A DNA stretch of 64,000 bases from Candidatus Marinacidobacterales bacterium (GCA_965224085.1 CBDCYI010000005.1:416001-480000), one strand, 5' to 3'. Numbered from the stretch's first letter, positions 19,570-29,697 are shown. Notes: generated by a model from the sequence alone, not told the origin. A program made the numbers and translations.

Positions 19570-19610
19570 GGTTTTCAGCGCTTACCACCAACCCGTGCTA
19601 ACCTGCGTGT

Positions 19611-20039
19611 ATGACAGCCAACCGTGCATGCAGCATCGCCATGGGAGCTCTTTTGCTCGCGGGGGCTTGCAGCGACGGTAACTCGCCGAGCTCCCCGACG
19701 ACGGCCCCGCCACCACCGAGTTCGACGGTGAATTTGGCGGTCTTCGCGGACCCGAGCTCCACCTTCCAGACCATCGACGTCTTCGACTCGAACGGCGAAG
19801 TGGTTCGCTTCGATACCGTGGAGAACACCTTGATCTGGGTCGCGGGCGACTTGCTTTTCGACGGCTGGGTGGTCGACGGCAACATCCTCGACGAAGGTCG
19901 TTTGTACCAGGCACGCTTCGGGACTGCCGACGGCCAAAGGCGAGCGTACTTCACGGAGCGACTTCGTGGCACGATTTGCGACCTGTCCGTGGAGGACGGT
20001 TTCCTACGAATCCGCCCAACGGATCTGCTCCCCCCGTGA
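19611..20039 (+). CDS. Hypothetical lipoprotein
   Basis: LLLAGAC lipobox followed by a Pro/Ser linker. Confidence 0.65.
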   Translation: MTANRACSIAMGALLLAGACSDGNSPSSPTTAPPPPSSTVNLAVFADPSSTFQTIDVFDSNGEVVRFDTVENTLIWVAGDLLFDGWVVDGNILDEGRLYQARFGTADGQRRAYFTERLRGTICDLSVEDGFLRIRPTDLLPP

Positions 20040-20103
20040 CGCTTGCAGGCTTCTCACAGGCGGTGTAGTCTAGGGGAACTCTCGCCGCCCGAGAGGAGAT
20101 TCG

Positions 20104-20856
20104 ATGGATCGCTTCAAGAGCACCAATAGCATACCTTTCGTCGTTGCGGTTCAAGCTCTGGCCCTATTCGTGGTCGCGTTCTTCCAAACGCCGCAGCTCG
20201 AGTCCGACGCACAGTCGGTAGGAGCATTTGGCCAGTATGAGCCAGCCCCCGAAACGCTGACGTCGTTGTCGGAGCTCCCCCGCGACTTGCAGCGCGAAAA
20301 GCTCCCGATCCCTCGATTTCCGGAGCGCGAAAAGCGCAACGAGCCACCGGTTGCCACGCCTACGGAAGACTCTTCCGAGACCACACCTGGCGGCGAAGGC
20401 AGTAAGCTCGCGGCTCTCCGTGTCGCGAACGTCGCGATGACGGGACCCGTCGCCATTGCGATTGCCGCACCGATGTTGGGCGTTCCCGACAGCCTCGACG
20501 GATTATCGCTCGACGGCGGCAACTGGCTCGGTGGACGCCCCAGGGGCAGTCGCGGCACGGGCCGCGCTGGGGGTCCAAGCGACGTCGGCGGCGGCGGCTT
20601 GGGCGGCCGAGGAATCGGCGGCTACGGCGGTGGTAGCGGCGGCTACTGCCCAACGCCTGGACGCACCGGCGGCGGCGGGGGCGGCCGACCGGCTGGTGGC
20701 GGTGGTGTCAGCGGCGGTCGCGGCCGACCGGCCGGTGGCGGTGGCGGCGCGACGACAGGCGCTCCGAGCGGCGGCTCACGTGGACGGCCCGCAGGCACGA
20801 GCGGCGGCTCCCGTGGGGGCAGCGGCACCAAGGGCAAAACCGGCCGCAGATCGTAG
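20104..20856 (+). CDS. Membrane-anchored Gly/Arg-rich low-complexity protein
   Basis: GAGGAG RBS, one N-terminal TM helix and an RGG-rich tail. Confidence 0.55.
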   Translation: MDRFKSTNSIPFVVAVQALALFVVAFFQTPQLESDAQSVGAFGQYEPAPETLTSLSELPRDLQREKLPIPRFPEREKRNEPPVATPTEDSSETTPGGEGSKLAALRVANVAMTGPVAIAIAAPMLGVPDSLDGLSLDGGNWLGGRPRGSRGTGRAGGPSDVGGGGLGGRGIGGYGGGSGGYCPTPGRTGGGGGGRPAGGGGVSGGRGRPAGGGGGATTGAPSGGSRGRPAGTSGGSRGGSGTKGKTGRRS

Positions 20857-21021
20857 CCCGCCCAGCTTCGTCACCGTTGCGCATCCCATCACGAGTCGAA
20901 TAACGGCTCGATGTGTCACCCCTTGATTTTGATACGTACCGTGCCCAACATCGGGTGCTGCGGGTGGTCGATGGTACGCGTGACGGCGATCGGTGACGAT
21001 CTATTTCCGCATTCAAGACTC

Positions 21022-21050
21022 TTGACAATTTTCCGAATTGTCCGTACGAT
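21022..21050 (+). promoter_or_regulatory. Sigma70 promoter with overlapping palindromic operator
   Basis: TTGACA-N17-TACGAT; GACAATT-N5-AATTGTC at 21024-21042. Confidence 0.65.
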
Positions 21051-21186
21051 GAATTACACTCAATAAACATCGAAACAAGCCAAGGGTTGAGGCAAATCTT
21101 TACTAGGCGGCCCTGTCATTTCTGACGGCGCTTCCGGAAAGATCTCGATCTCACGCGAATCAAATCCAATCAAGGATGAGCTCAAC

Positions 21187-21731
21187 ATGACAAACGAGGA
21201 AAAGTTAGCGAAGCTTTGGACGAGAGAATCGATACTCGACGTCGAGAACAAGATCCTCCAGCAAGCGATGTCGGTCCGGACCCAGGAAGGGTCTCAGGCC
21301 TCCATCGCCTTCGCCCGATTTCTGAAGATCTCGGGCATGACCGCGGAGAACTATCCGCTGTTTCTGAAAATGCTCGAAATCGAGAACCATTGGGTGCCCG
21401 ACGCACTCATTGGCGAAGGCGACCCCTTCCTGCTCCTTTCGACGATTCCTCCGAACCAGTACCTGACTTCCAAATGCTTTACGTTTCTGACGCGCTGGAA
21501 GAGGTCGCGATTCACGCTGCAGCCATCCGGAATGCCTTCTTCGATGACCGGAAGCGTATGGAAGATGTCATCCCGCCCGTGCTTCTCGTGACCGTTGAAG
21601 AACGCAAGGAGATCGCGCCGCGCCGTGCGCACCGCGTAACGCCTGTTAAACCGAGCGCCTCTAAAGCCAAACCCGGCGAGGCCAGCAGGAAATCCGGTGG
21701 CAAAACCGGTCACGCCACGAAAAATGGTTGA
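21187..21731 (+). pseudogene. Hypothetical protein with a frame break or deletion near 21500
   Basis: The coding-like N-terminal frame (21187) switches to the frame of ORF 21216..21731 after LTRWK. Confidence 0.5.
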
Positions 21732-21758
21732 AAGCCGGCGACGTCAGCGAGAACACCG

Positions 21759-22022
21759 GTGACAACAAGAGTCAGGCGGACAAAAAAGGCGCCGAAGCGG
21801 AGCGTCGCAAACGGCAATAGAGGATCCGGCCGGACGGCCAAGAACGGGTCTGCCCGGCCGAAAAACGGCGTTCACCGGGTAGATCTAAAGGCTGAAGAGC
21901 TCGAGGTTATTGTCCAAGCGTGCAGGAAGTACCGCGCCTTGCTACCGGGTTATCTCGCCTCCGCGCAGGACGATATCGCGCGCGCTCAAGCGCTCATCGA
22001 CAAGCTAGAAAACATCATCTAA
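21759..22022 (+). CDS. Small basic hypothetical protein
   Basis: ORF with a Lys/Arg-rich N-terminus and a helical C-terminus. Confidence 0.5.
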   Translation: MTTRVRRTKKAPKRSVANGNRGSGRTAKNGSARPKNGVHRVDLKAEELEVIVQACRKYRALLPGYLASAQDDIARAQALIDKLENII

Positions 22023-22137
22023 AAGCGAGCGGTCTGACCTCCTCCCTCTCACGCTGATTTAGGGAGCGATGGACGTTGTTTCAGGGCGGGCGGGCGTCGG
22101 TTGCCTCGAGCCCGACTGAAGCGATACGCTCGGCTCC

Positions 22138-22446
22138 TTGAGCCTCGATCGACGGACCTTTATCGAACATTCCCGCACCGCCGCGAGCGGTCTTCCGCGC
22201 GGCGCTTGCTTCGCCGCGCGCACGTCGGTGGACGGGCTCACCGTCCTCGACATGCAGCTCGGATGGCTTGCCGGCGGGAACCAACTCGGTGAAGTCGTCG
22301 CGAAGCGGCTCGGTTATCTCGAAGAAGTCTCGGCCGCGCAAGCGATGCGGCTCCCCGCGGTGATGAAAGCGCTCGGCTCGGAAGACGCTGAAGAAGGCGT
22401 CCGCGCCTTCCGCGAAAAGCGTCCGCCGAATTGGTCCGGCAAGTGA
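22138..22446 (+). pseudogene. Chimeric fragment: Tat/NMT1-THI5-like binding-protein N-terminus joined to a crotonase C-terminus
   Basis: DRRTF...MQLGWLAGGNQLGEVVAK followed by SEDAEEGVRAFREKRPPNWSGK. Confidence 0.55.
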
Positions 22447-23852
22447 AACGCCTCCGCTTCGCGTTCGCGGCCCTGTTACTTTTGCTACTGGCGGCTTCGT
22501 CGGCGGCCGCGCAGAGTTTTTCCGAGCGGTTCGATACCATCAAGCGCGAAGCCACACCCGAGGAGCTTTACCGCATTCTTTACCGCGTCCCCAAAGGCGG
22601 CGATCTCCACAACCACCTCGGCGGCGCCGCTTACGACGAGATGCTGTGGGAGCTTGCGACTGATACATCCGTCAACGGTAATCAAACGTTCCGCACACGC
22701 GTGCGGATCAACGCATGCGATCGCACGTGCCCGCAGCCGCTCATCTACTTTCACACCATCGGCGAGACGAGCTTCAAAGCGCTTCCTGAATGCTGCCGCG
22801 CCGAATACGAGCCTCTGACCGAGCTCTCCGCGGCGAAGCGCGAAGCATGGCTGTCGTCGACACGCATCGACCAGAGCGGCGAAGGCCGAAACGAGTTCTT
22901 CGAGACGATCTGGCCGCGTCTCGGCGAAGTCCTCGATCAAGCCCATCTCATCGCGGAGATCGCCGTTTTGAACATGAAGCTCTTCGCCGACGAGGGCGTC
23001 CGCTATATCGAGTTTCAAATCAGCCCGTGGGACCGGCGCGACGGAAATCGCGCGCTCACCGACGATGAGTTCCACGACATTATGGCGGCGAGACTCGAGC
23101 GTGAGGACGCCAAATCTACTGGTGTCACCGTTCGATTGCAGCCGAACGTCGTGCGCTTTACCCAAAATGCCGAAGCGCTGGTCGAGCAAGGCTTTGCTTT
23201 TGTGGACCGCCATCGCGAGCTGTGGTCGAGCGTCAACCTCGTCGGCCGCGAAGACAACGACAAAGGCTACCCGCTGCGCTTTCTCCCCACTTTTCGCAAG
23301 ATGCGCCGGCGCTATCCGCGCATTGCCCTCGCCATCCACGGCGGCGAAGTCGACGAGCCCAACCACCACGTGCGCGACACCTTGCTTCTCGGCGCCGATC
23401 GCATCGGCCACGGGACGAACTTGATCACCGATCCGGAGACACTTCTTCTCATGCGGACAGGAAAATTCGCGGTCGAAGTCAGTCTCGTGAGCAACCTGCT
23501 TCTCGGCTATGTCGAGCGCGTCGAAGAGCATCCGTTTCCCGAATATCTTCGGCTCGGGATCCCCGTCGCACTGGCGACTGACGATCGCGGCATGTGGAAC
23601 TCCAACATGACGGATGAATATTTCAACGCGGTCACCGCCTTCAACTTGAGCTGGGAAGAGCTCGTGACCATCGGCCACTATAGTCTCGCGTTCGCTTTCG
23701 TTCCCGAAGCGGTGAAAGCCGAGCTACTCGTCGACTACGAGCGGGCCATACGCGCCTTCGTCGAGGAATATTCAGAGGGCGATTTCAGGGAGCACGCACG
23801 CCGCGTGCCCGTGAATATCTCCGGCTTCGCGCGCACTCACTTGCTCCGCTGA
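22443..23852 (+). CDS. Secreted adenosine deaminase, ADGF/ADA2-like
   Basis: PKGGDLHNH, HGGE, RIGHG and ATDD motifs; Sec-pathway signal peptide ending in AAA-Q. Confidence 0.85.
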   Translation: MKRLRFAFAALLLLLLAASSAAAQSFSERFDTIKREATPEELYRILYRVPKGGDLHNHLGGAAYDEMLWELATDTSVNGNQTFRTRVRINACDRTCPQPLIYFHTIGETSFKALPECCRAEYEPLTELSAAKREAWLSSTRIDQSGEGRNEFFETIWPRLGEVLDQAHLIAEIAVLNMKLFADEGVRYIEFQISPWDRRDGNRALTDDEFHDIMAARLEREDAKSTGVTVRLQPNVVRFTQNAEALVEQGFAFVDRHRELWSSVNLVGREDNDKGYPLRFLPTFRKMRRRYPRIALAIHGGEVDEPNHHVRDTLLLGADRIGHGTNLITDPETLLLMRTGKFAVEVSLVSNLLLGYVERVEEHPFPEYLRLGIPVALATDDRGMWNSNMTDEYFNAVTAFNLSWEELVTIGHYSLAFAFVPEAVKAELLVDYERAIRAFVEEYSEGDFREHARRVPVNISGFARTHLLR

Positions 23853-23947
23853 ATTCGCACAGAAACGATTTTTCCTCTGGGTCCGTCCGACCTTATTGTG
23901 AGGGCCGTCAGAAAGAAACCGCGGGCGAAGCGAACCGAGGGAATTCG

Positions 23948-24193
23948 ATGAAGACTGTCAGCGTGCGTGACTTGCAGAAGAACGTCAAAGAGTGTGTCGA
24001 CGAGTAGCAGGAAGGTCGAGTCGTCGTCACGCGGCACGGTCGGCCGGCGGCGGTGCTCGTGGGCGTTGAAGGCCACGACTGGGAGGACGTCGTCCTCCAG
24101 ACCGACCCGTCGTTCTGGAAACTGATTCGGAAACGCCGGAAAGAAAAGACGATATCTCTGGACGAGCTCAAGGCAGAATTGGAGAACGGCTAG
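23948..24193 (+). pseudogene. Phd/YefM antitoxin with an in-frame TAG at 24005-24007 (missed by the ORF track)
   Basis: Translates as MKTVSVRDLQKNVKECVDE*QEGRVVVTRHGRPAAVLVGVE...TISLDELKAEL; GAGGG RBS. Confidence 0.8.
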
Positions 24194-24497
24194 AAGCATA
24201 AGGGTGTCGCTCTGCGGAAGCCAGCACGCGCTTCCACGCCGGGTGGCGCCGGATCCGGGCCAGCGCTTTGGCGAGCAACGTTTTGCCAGGCTCGGTGCGA
24301 TGCCAGGTCGACGCCCCCGAGGGATGAGGGAGCGGGATAACGTCCGCCTCCACACCGTGGACGTCGAGCCGAAATTTCGCGCCGACGACGTCGACGAGCT
24401 TGTCGAAGGACATCAGCTGCGCGATGGCGAGCTTCCCCACCGGCAGGACAAGCTCCGGCTGTAGGAGCTTTGCTTCCGTCTGGAGCCACGGAGACAT
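24168..24497 (-). pseudogene. Uracil-DNA glycosylase superfamily, C-terminal fragment
   Basis: LLQPELVLPVGKLAI and IPLPHPSGAS motifs; N-terminus absent. Confidence 0.7.
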
Positions 24498-24664
24498 CAC
24501 CCTGTACTCTCGCCGACAAGGATCCTTCAGTTCACGAACTGGGAGACGAGCGAACTGGGCTGGATTGGCGTAGGGTGACAAGTCGGGGGGGGAAGCAAAA
24601 ACCTCGATCAGCGAACTCCCTTGCGGGCTCGACCGGCGTCCTTTGTTTTTTGCGGACCACAGGG

Positions 24665-25042
24665 CTATTTCGAAGCTCTCCGCATCCGAAGAGCGATACC
24701 CCAGATCGCCGCCGCAAGGACGAAGTTCGCCATCTTTGCCATCGTGATCGGCGGCTCGGTCGGCATTTCGCCGCCGGTGTCGTCGTAGATGAACCGATAG
24801 AGCGGTACGAAGAGCCCGATGACGAGGAGCGCGATGTTGATCCGTGCTTCTAGGAGCCCGAGCCGTGCCATCCAGTCGGGAAAAACCGAAGCGGCGAAAG
24901 CAATCCCGATGCAGAAGACGTAATAGGCCGCTTTCCAGAACGTGTGGCCTTCGAGCGCCGCCGTCCTGAAGTTCGCGCCGAGAAACTCATCGACGAGCCA
25001 AAAGGCCGGTGTCAGCCAGTAGTAGACGAGGATAGGCTGCAT
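24665..25042 (-). CDS. Hypothetical membrane protein
   Basis: About four TM segments; ATG at 25042. Confidence 0.6.
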   Translation of the reverse strand: MQPILVYYWLTPAFWLVDEFLGANFRTAALEGHTFWKAAYYVFCIGIAFAASVFPDWMARLGLLEARINIALLVIGLFVPLYRFIYDDTGGEMPTEPPITMAKMANFVLAAAIWGIALRMRRASK

Positions 25043-25126
25043 GGGATGGTTCCAGAATGCACCATCTCGAGCGAGCGGTCGAATTCGGAGCAGCTTCGCG
25101 TTAGAATTTCTTATCGACCGCATCCT

Positions 25127-26203
25127 ATGAAGGTTTTGGCTTTGACGCCGGGGCCGAGATTCGTCTCGCCCGGACAGCGCTACCGTATCGAGCAGTGGGA
25201 GCCCCTGCTGCAGGCGGAAGGGATCGCACTCACCCACGCGCCTTTCATGGAGAACGGTCTTTCATCGGTTCTCTATCAGCCGGGGAGCCTGTTCGAAAAA
25301 GCCGCCGGGGTAACAGCGGCGTTTTGGCGACAGCTGAGCACGATTTCAGAATCACACCATTTCGATCTCGTCTACATCTTTCGTGAGGCCGCGATCATCG
25401 GACCAGCGTTCATCGAGCGGCGCATTGCTTCGGGCGGCACGCCCATCGTCTTCGATTTCGACGACGCAGTGTTCCTTCGCTATCGAAGTGCGTCCAACGG
25501 TTATTTGAGCTATCTCAAATTCCCCGGCAAGACGGCGACGATCTGCCGCCGGGCCCAGCACGTCATGGCCGGTAACCGGTACCTGGCTGATTACGCCGCA
25601 CGACTAAACGACGCGGTCACCGTGATCCCAACGACGATCGATACGGAGATCTATCGGCCGGAGCTTCACCGCCCGCGCGCCGGCGCTCCGGTCACAATCG
25701 GATGGACCGGAAGCCATAGCACGCGGCGACATCTCGTGCGCCTCGTCCCCGCGCTCGCAGAGCTTGCCCGCACCCACCCGTTTCGTTTGGTCGTCATCGG
25801 CGCGCAAGCCCCCGACGTGCCCGGCGCCGAAGTGGTGTCGCGCCACTGGACCGCGAAGACGGAAGTCGAGGACTTGAGCGATATCGATATCGGGCTCATG
25901 CCGCTTCCCGACGAGCCGTGGACGCGCGGCAAGTGCGGGCTCAAAGCTCTTCAATATATGGGTCTCGGCATCCCCGCCGTCGTATCTCCGGTAGGGGTGA
26001 ACACCGAGATCGTCGCCCACGGCGAGAACGGTCTCGTCGCGAACAGCGACGCGGCGTGGATCGACCACTTGAAAACCCTCATGCACGACTCGGAGCTGCG
26101 GCGTCGGCTCGGCGCCGAAGCGCGCACGACCGTCGAGACGCACTACTCGGCGCGTGTTGTCGCCCCGAAGGTGGCGGAGATTTTTCGCCGAGCGAAAGCC
26201 TAG
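25127..26203 (+). CDS. Glycosyltransferase family 4
   Basis: RYRIEQ, FDFDDA, IGWTGS and GKCGLKALQYMG...SPVGVN motifs. Confidence 0.9.
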   Translation: MKVLALTPGPRFVSPGQRYRIEQWEPLLQAEGIALTHAPFMENGLSSVLYQPGSLFEKAAGVTAAFWRQLSTISESHHFDLVYIFREAAIIGPAFIERRIASGGTPIVFDFDDAVFLRYRSASNGYLSYLKFPGKTATICRRAQHVMAGNRYLADYAARLNDAVTVIPTTIDTEIYRPELHRPRAGAPVTIGWTGSHSTRRHLVRLVPALAELARTHPFRLVVIGAQAPDVPGAEVVSRHWTAKTEVEDLSDIDIGLMPLPDEPWTRGKCGLKALQYMGLGIPAVVSPVGVNTEIVAHGENGLVANSDAAWIDHLKTLMHDSELRRRLGAEARTTVETHYSARVVAPKVAEIFRRAKA

Positions 26204-26505
26204 CGACATCATCGAAGTGACGGAAGCTCCCGTCATCGCCTCGCATTCGTCGGTGGACGGCGTCAAAGAGCACGCTCGCAAGATGTCGGACGTGATGCTC
26301 CGCGCCCTTGCGGAAAACGGCGGCGTCATCCGAATCAATGCCGTCATCAAATACATCGATCCAATCGAGCGCGAGCACAGGCCGATCTCGGTATTCATGG
26401 ATCACATCGATCACGCCATCGAGGTCGCAGGAGCGGATCACGTCGGCATTGGGCTCGACTACGGCTATACGGCGCCGGCCCCGGTCGATCTCGAAGACAT
26501 CTCGG
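26204..26505 (+). pseudogene. Membrane dipeptidase (M19) fragment
   Basis: APVIASHS, LAENGGVI and DHIDHAIEVAGADHVGIGLDY motifs; both ends and part of the middle are missing. Confidence 0.7.
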
Positions 26506-26750
26506 TCGACGAAACTGAAGTCGATGCTCGCCGGAAAGTTCGGTATGTCGAAGTTGTTGTAGGTCCACATTTCGCTCGGCCGCTCGCCGGGATTCCTGCC
26601 AAAGGGATTCCGCTGAAGCGCGTGCGGCGGGCCCAGGATCAGATAGAGCCGGCCGCGATCGGTGGACCACCCAGGACGGCCGGCGCTCATGTAGTTCGCG
26701 ACGAAGGCATAGCGCTCCAGATATTCCGTTCCCTCGCGCTCGGATCAAAG
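26505..26750 (-). pseudogene. GWxTD domain protein fragment
   Basis: GRPGWSTDRGRLYLILGPP...EMWTY...FVD. Confidence 0.75.
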
Positions 26751-26790
26751 CCGGCTTGCGCGAGCCATCGGGGGCGCATAGGATAGATTT

Positions 26791-27765
26791 GTGGGCACTG
26801 CTGGGAGTATTAGTGGACTACCTTCATCGAAGCGCTCCTTCGTCTCGCGTCAGCCACCTCATGTCTCGTTCGAGTTCTTCCCTCCGAAGACCCCGGCGGG
26901 CTGGGACAAGCTCAAAGAGACCGCCGCGCAGCTGGCCGAGTTCGAACCGGATTTCACGTCCGTAACGTTCGGGGCCGGTGGCAGCGGTAACGTTCGAACG
27001 TTGGAAGCATGCCTCGCCGTCCAGAGCGTGCTCGCGGCGGACGTCGTGCCCCATCTCTCCTGTATCGGCCAGACGCGCGACTCGATCGAAGCTCATCTGG
27101 CAGAGTTCCGCGACGCAGGTTTCACGCGGATTCTCGCGCTCCGAGGCGACGTCCCTATCGACGCCGAAAGCGCCGAAGTTTCGTTCCCACCCGGCGGTTT
27201 CCAATACGCCAGCGAGCTCGTCTCCTTCATCAAGAGCCGTGATGACTTCCACGTCCTCGTCGGCTGCTACCCAGAAGGGCATCCCGAAGCTTCCAGCTTG
27301 CAGACCGATATCGACCACTTCATCCGGAAAGTCGAAGCCGGGGCCGACGCTGCCGTCACACAATATTTCTTCAACAATGCCGGCTATTTCCATTTCGTGG
27401 ACGAAGTGCGCCGGCGCGGCCTCGACATCCCAATCGTCGTCGGTTTGATGCCCATCTGGCCTTACGAGCAAGTCGTGCGCTTCTCTGGGAAGTGCGGCGC
27501 CGATGTGCCGCTTTGGATCCGAAAGCGCATGGAAGGCTATGAAGACGATCCTTCGTCCCAGTTCGATTTCGCCGTCGAAGTCGCCGTGACCCAGTCGGAG
27601 GAGCTTCTCAGAAACGGCGCCCCCGGTATCCACTTTTACACGTTGAATCGCCCCGAGGCGACGGTCCGGATCTGCAAGAACCTCCGCGGCAAGAAGATCG
27701 AGGGCGGCCCCGCGTCCGATGACGTCGCCTATGGTGATGTCGAAGTCCCTGCGAGTCTTTCTTGA
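26791..27765 (+). CDS. metF: 5,10-methylenetetrahydrofolate reductase
   Basis: SFEFFPPKT, SVTFGAGGS, LALRGD, YPEGHP, TQYFF and GIHFYTLN motifs; start uncertain. Confidence 0.92.
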   Translation: MGTAGSISGLPSSKRSFVSRQPPHVSFEFFPPKTPAGWDKLKETAAQLAEFEPDFTSVTFGAGGSGNVRTLEACLAVQSVLAADVVPHLSCIGQTRDSIEAHLAEFRDAGFTRILALRGDVPIDAESAEVSFPPGGFQYASELVSFIKSRDDFHVLVGCYPEGHPEASSLQTDIDHFIRKVEAGADAAVTQYFFNNAGYFHFVDEVRRRGLDIPIVVGLMPIWPYEQVVRFSGKCGADVPLWIRKRMEGYEDDPSSQFDFAVEVAVTQSEELLRNGAPGIHFYTLNRPEATVRICKNLRGKKIEGGPASDDVAYGDVEVPASLS

Positions 27766-27766
27766 A

Positions 27767-29312
27767 TCAGTTGTCAGGCACGCCTTCGATCACCACGTGG
27801 TAGCGATCGGCCGCCAAGTTCGTGAGCACCGTTTTTTCTCCGCTCGGCCAGCGGACCCGGATCGCGTCGACGACCGTCGAAGCGCCTAGTCTGAAATGGA
27901 GGCGGGGATCGCTCGACGAGAAGATACTTCCGGAGGCGTGGACTTCCTTCACCTGGGTTCGCCCTCCGCTCTCGAGCCACACGCGGGCGCCGGCAGCGTC
28001 GCGATTGCTCTCACGCCCCACGAGCGCAAAACGCACCCAATGCCGGCCGACGACGTCGTTGCGCAAGAGCGACGGTACCTCGTCGATATTTTGACGACCA
28101 CGACATCGACGTCTCCATCGTCGTCCACGTCGCCGAAGGCTGCGCCCCGGCTCGGAGCCGTTTCTGCCAAGGCCGTTTCTTCCTCGAACGTGCCATCTCC
28201 GCGGTTCAAGAAAATCTGGTTCGCCTGTCGATAGGTCGTCGCCGTCATTGTCCAGATCGACAAAATGTATCCCCCAGCCGAGCTTCCCCAGGCTCGGTGT
28301 TCCGAGACCCAGCACATCGGTGGCATCGGTGAAGAGCCCGTCCCCCGAGCTCTCATATGAGGGTGTTGGTCTCGTGAGAAAAGTTGCTGACGATGATATC
28401 GAGACGGCCGTCGCCATCAGGATCGCCGAAATCGACGCCCATCCCGGCCTCGGCGTCTCCGGTCGCGTTGTAAGCAGCTCCCGAGAGCAGACCGACATCG
28501 CGAAAGTGTCCGCGGCCGTCATTCTGGTAGAGGAAGTTCGGCAAGATGTCGTTGGCGACATAGAGATCGATGTCACCGTCGTGGTCGTAGTCGGCCGCGA
28601 TGACGCCCAGCCCGTAAGCTCGCGTGGGATCGTGAAGACCGGCAGATTTCGTCCCCTCGACGAAGCGGCCGGCCTCGTTCCGATAGAAGACATCGCTTTG
28701 CCCGTTCAAACCGCGAGGCCCGCACATCACCGGCAGCCCTAGCCATACGCAGGTCGGATCCGAGCCGGGCGCCGGGATCTTCGCCAGATCGGGATCAACG
28801 TAGTTTGCAACGTACAAGTCGAGATCGCCGTCACCGTCCGCGTCGAAAAACGCTGCGCTCGTGCCGAATCGCCCATCAACGGCCTCGGAGACTTCGAAGA
28901 ACGTGCCATCGCCGCGATTCCGATAAAGAACGTTCGGTCCGATGTTCGTAACGTAGAGATCGGGCAGGCCGTCGTTGTCATGGTCGGCGATCGTGCAGCC
29001 GACACTCCACCCGTTGTTCCCGACTGAAGCGCTCTCTGTCACGTCGAGGAACCGCCAGGAGCCCTCGTTGCGATAAAGGCGGTTGCCTCCCTCCGTAACA
29101 CGGACACCGTCGGCGAGCCTCATCCCGTTGACGAAGTAGATATCGAGGTCGCCATCGCCGTCGTAATCGAACAGAGCGGCGCCGCCACCGAGGGAGCTCA
29201 CGATGTAATGCTTTTTGATATCTCCGCTGACGTTCACGAAGCCGATGCCGCTTGGCGTGCGCATCTCGCTGAACCCGAGAAAAACAGTGACGATCAGCAC
29301 AGCCCGCGCCAT
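27767..29312 (-). pseudogene. CRTAC1/ASPIC-UnbV FG-GAP repeat protein with frameshifts and a deletion
   Basis: Repeated DxDGDGDLD motifs, EAGMGVD, SRGAAFGD and an SNRDAAGARV...RWPSG ASPIC domain spread over three frames. Confidence 0.85.
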
Positions 29313-29697
29313 AGTCTCACATGTTACCACTGGGCTAAGTGCGCGCGAGAAATGCGTTAATAGGGTACTTTCGAGTGAACGAACGATTTCGGTCACTCCC
29401 CGCTGACCTCCGCCCACGCGGGCGGTGCCATTGCTGTCAAGTTGAGGCATTCAGGGCCGATCCGACCCCGAGATGTTGGCAACGGTGGCTCGAGCCCCAT
29501 TATCTAGCGGCCCAATCCGAGCTCGAGACCTCAACTTCACAATACCGCTCGCTGTATTTCGTCGTGACCAGCAACGAGTTGGACATCTGGCTCATCTCTT
29601 TCGACGAGACACCGGAGACTCCCTGACGGGCTGTCGCCGCATAAACCATCCTCCCACATTGCCTCGCGGGCGGCGCTTGTGCTAGTTTCCGAGCTTC

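Noticed and set aside
21090-21145. c-di-GMP-I riboswitch suggested by GGCAAA
   Set aside because: The GNRA tetraloop/receptor arrangement and the second GCAAAG-type stem are missing.
24500-24664. Assignment as 6S RNA or c-di-AMP riboswitch
   Set aside because: Only scattered motif resemblance; the diagnostic pairings could not be built, so it is left as an unassigned structured segment.
26811-26819. TAGTGGACT match to the IS630 end near the metF start
   Set aside because: Only 9 bp match and there is no partner end, so chance is sufficient.
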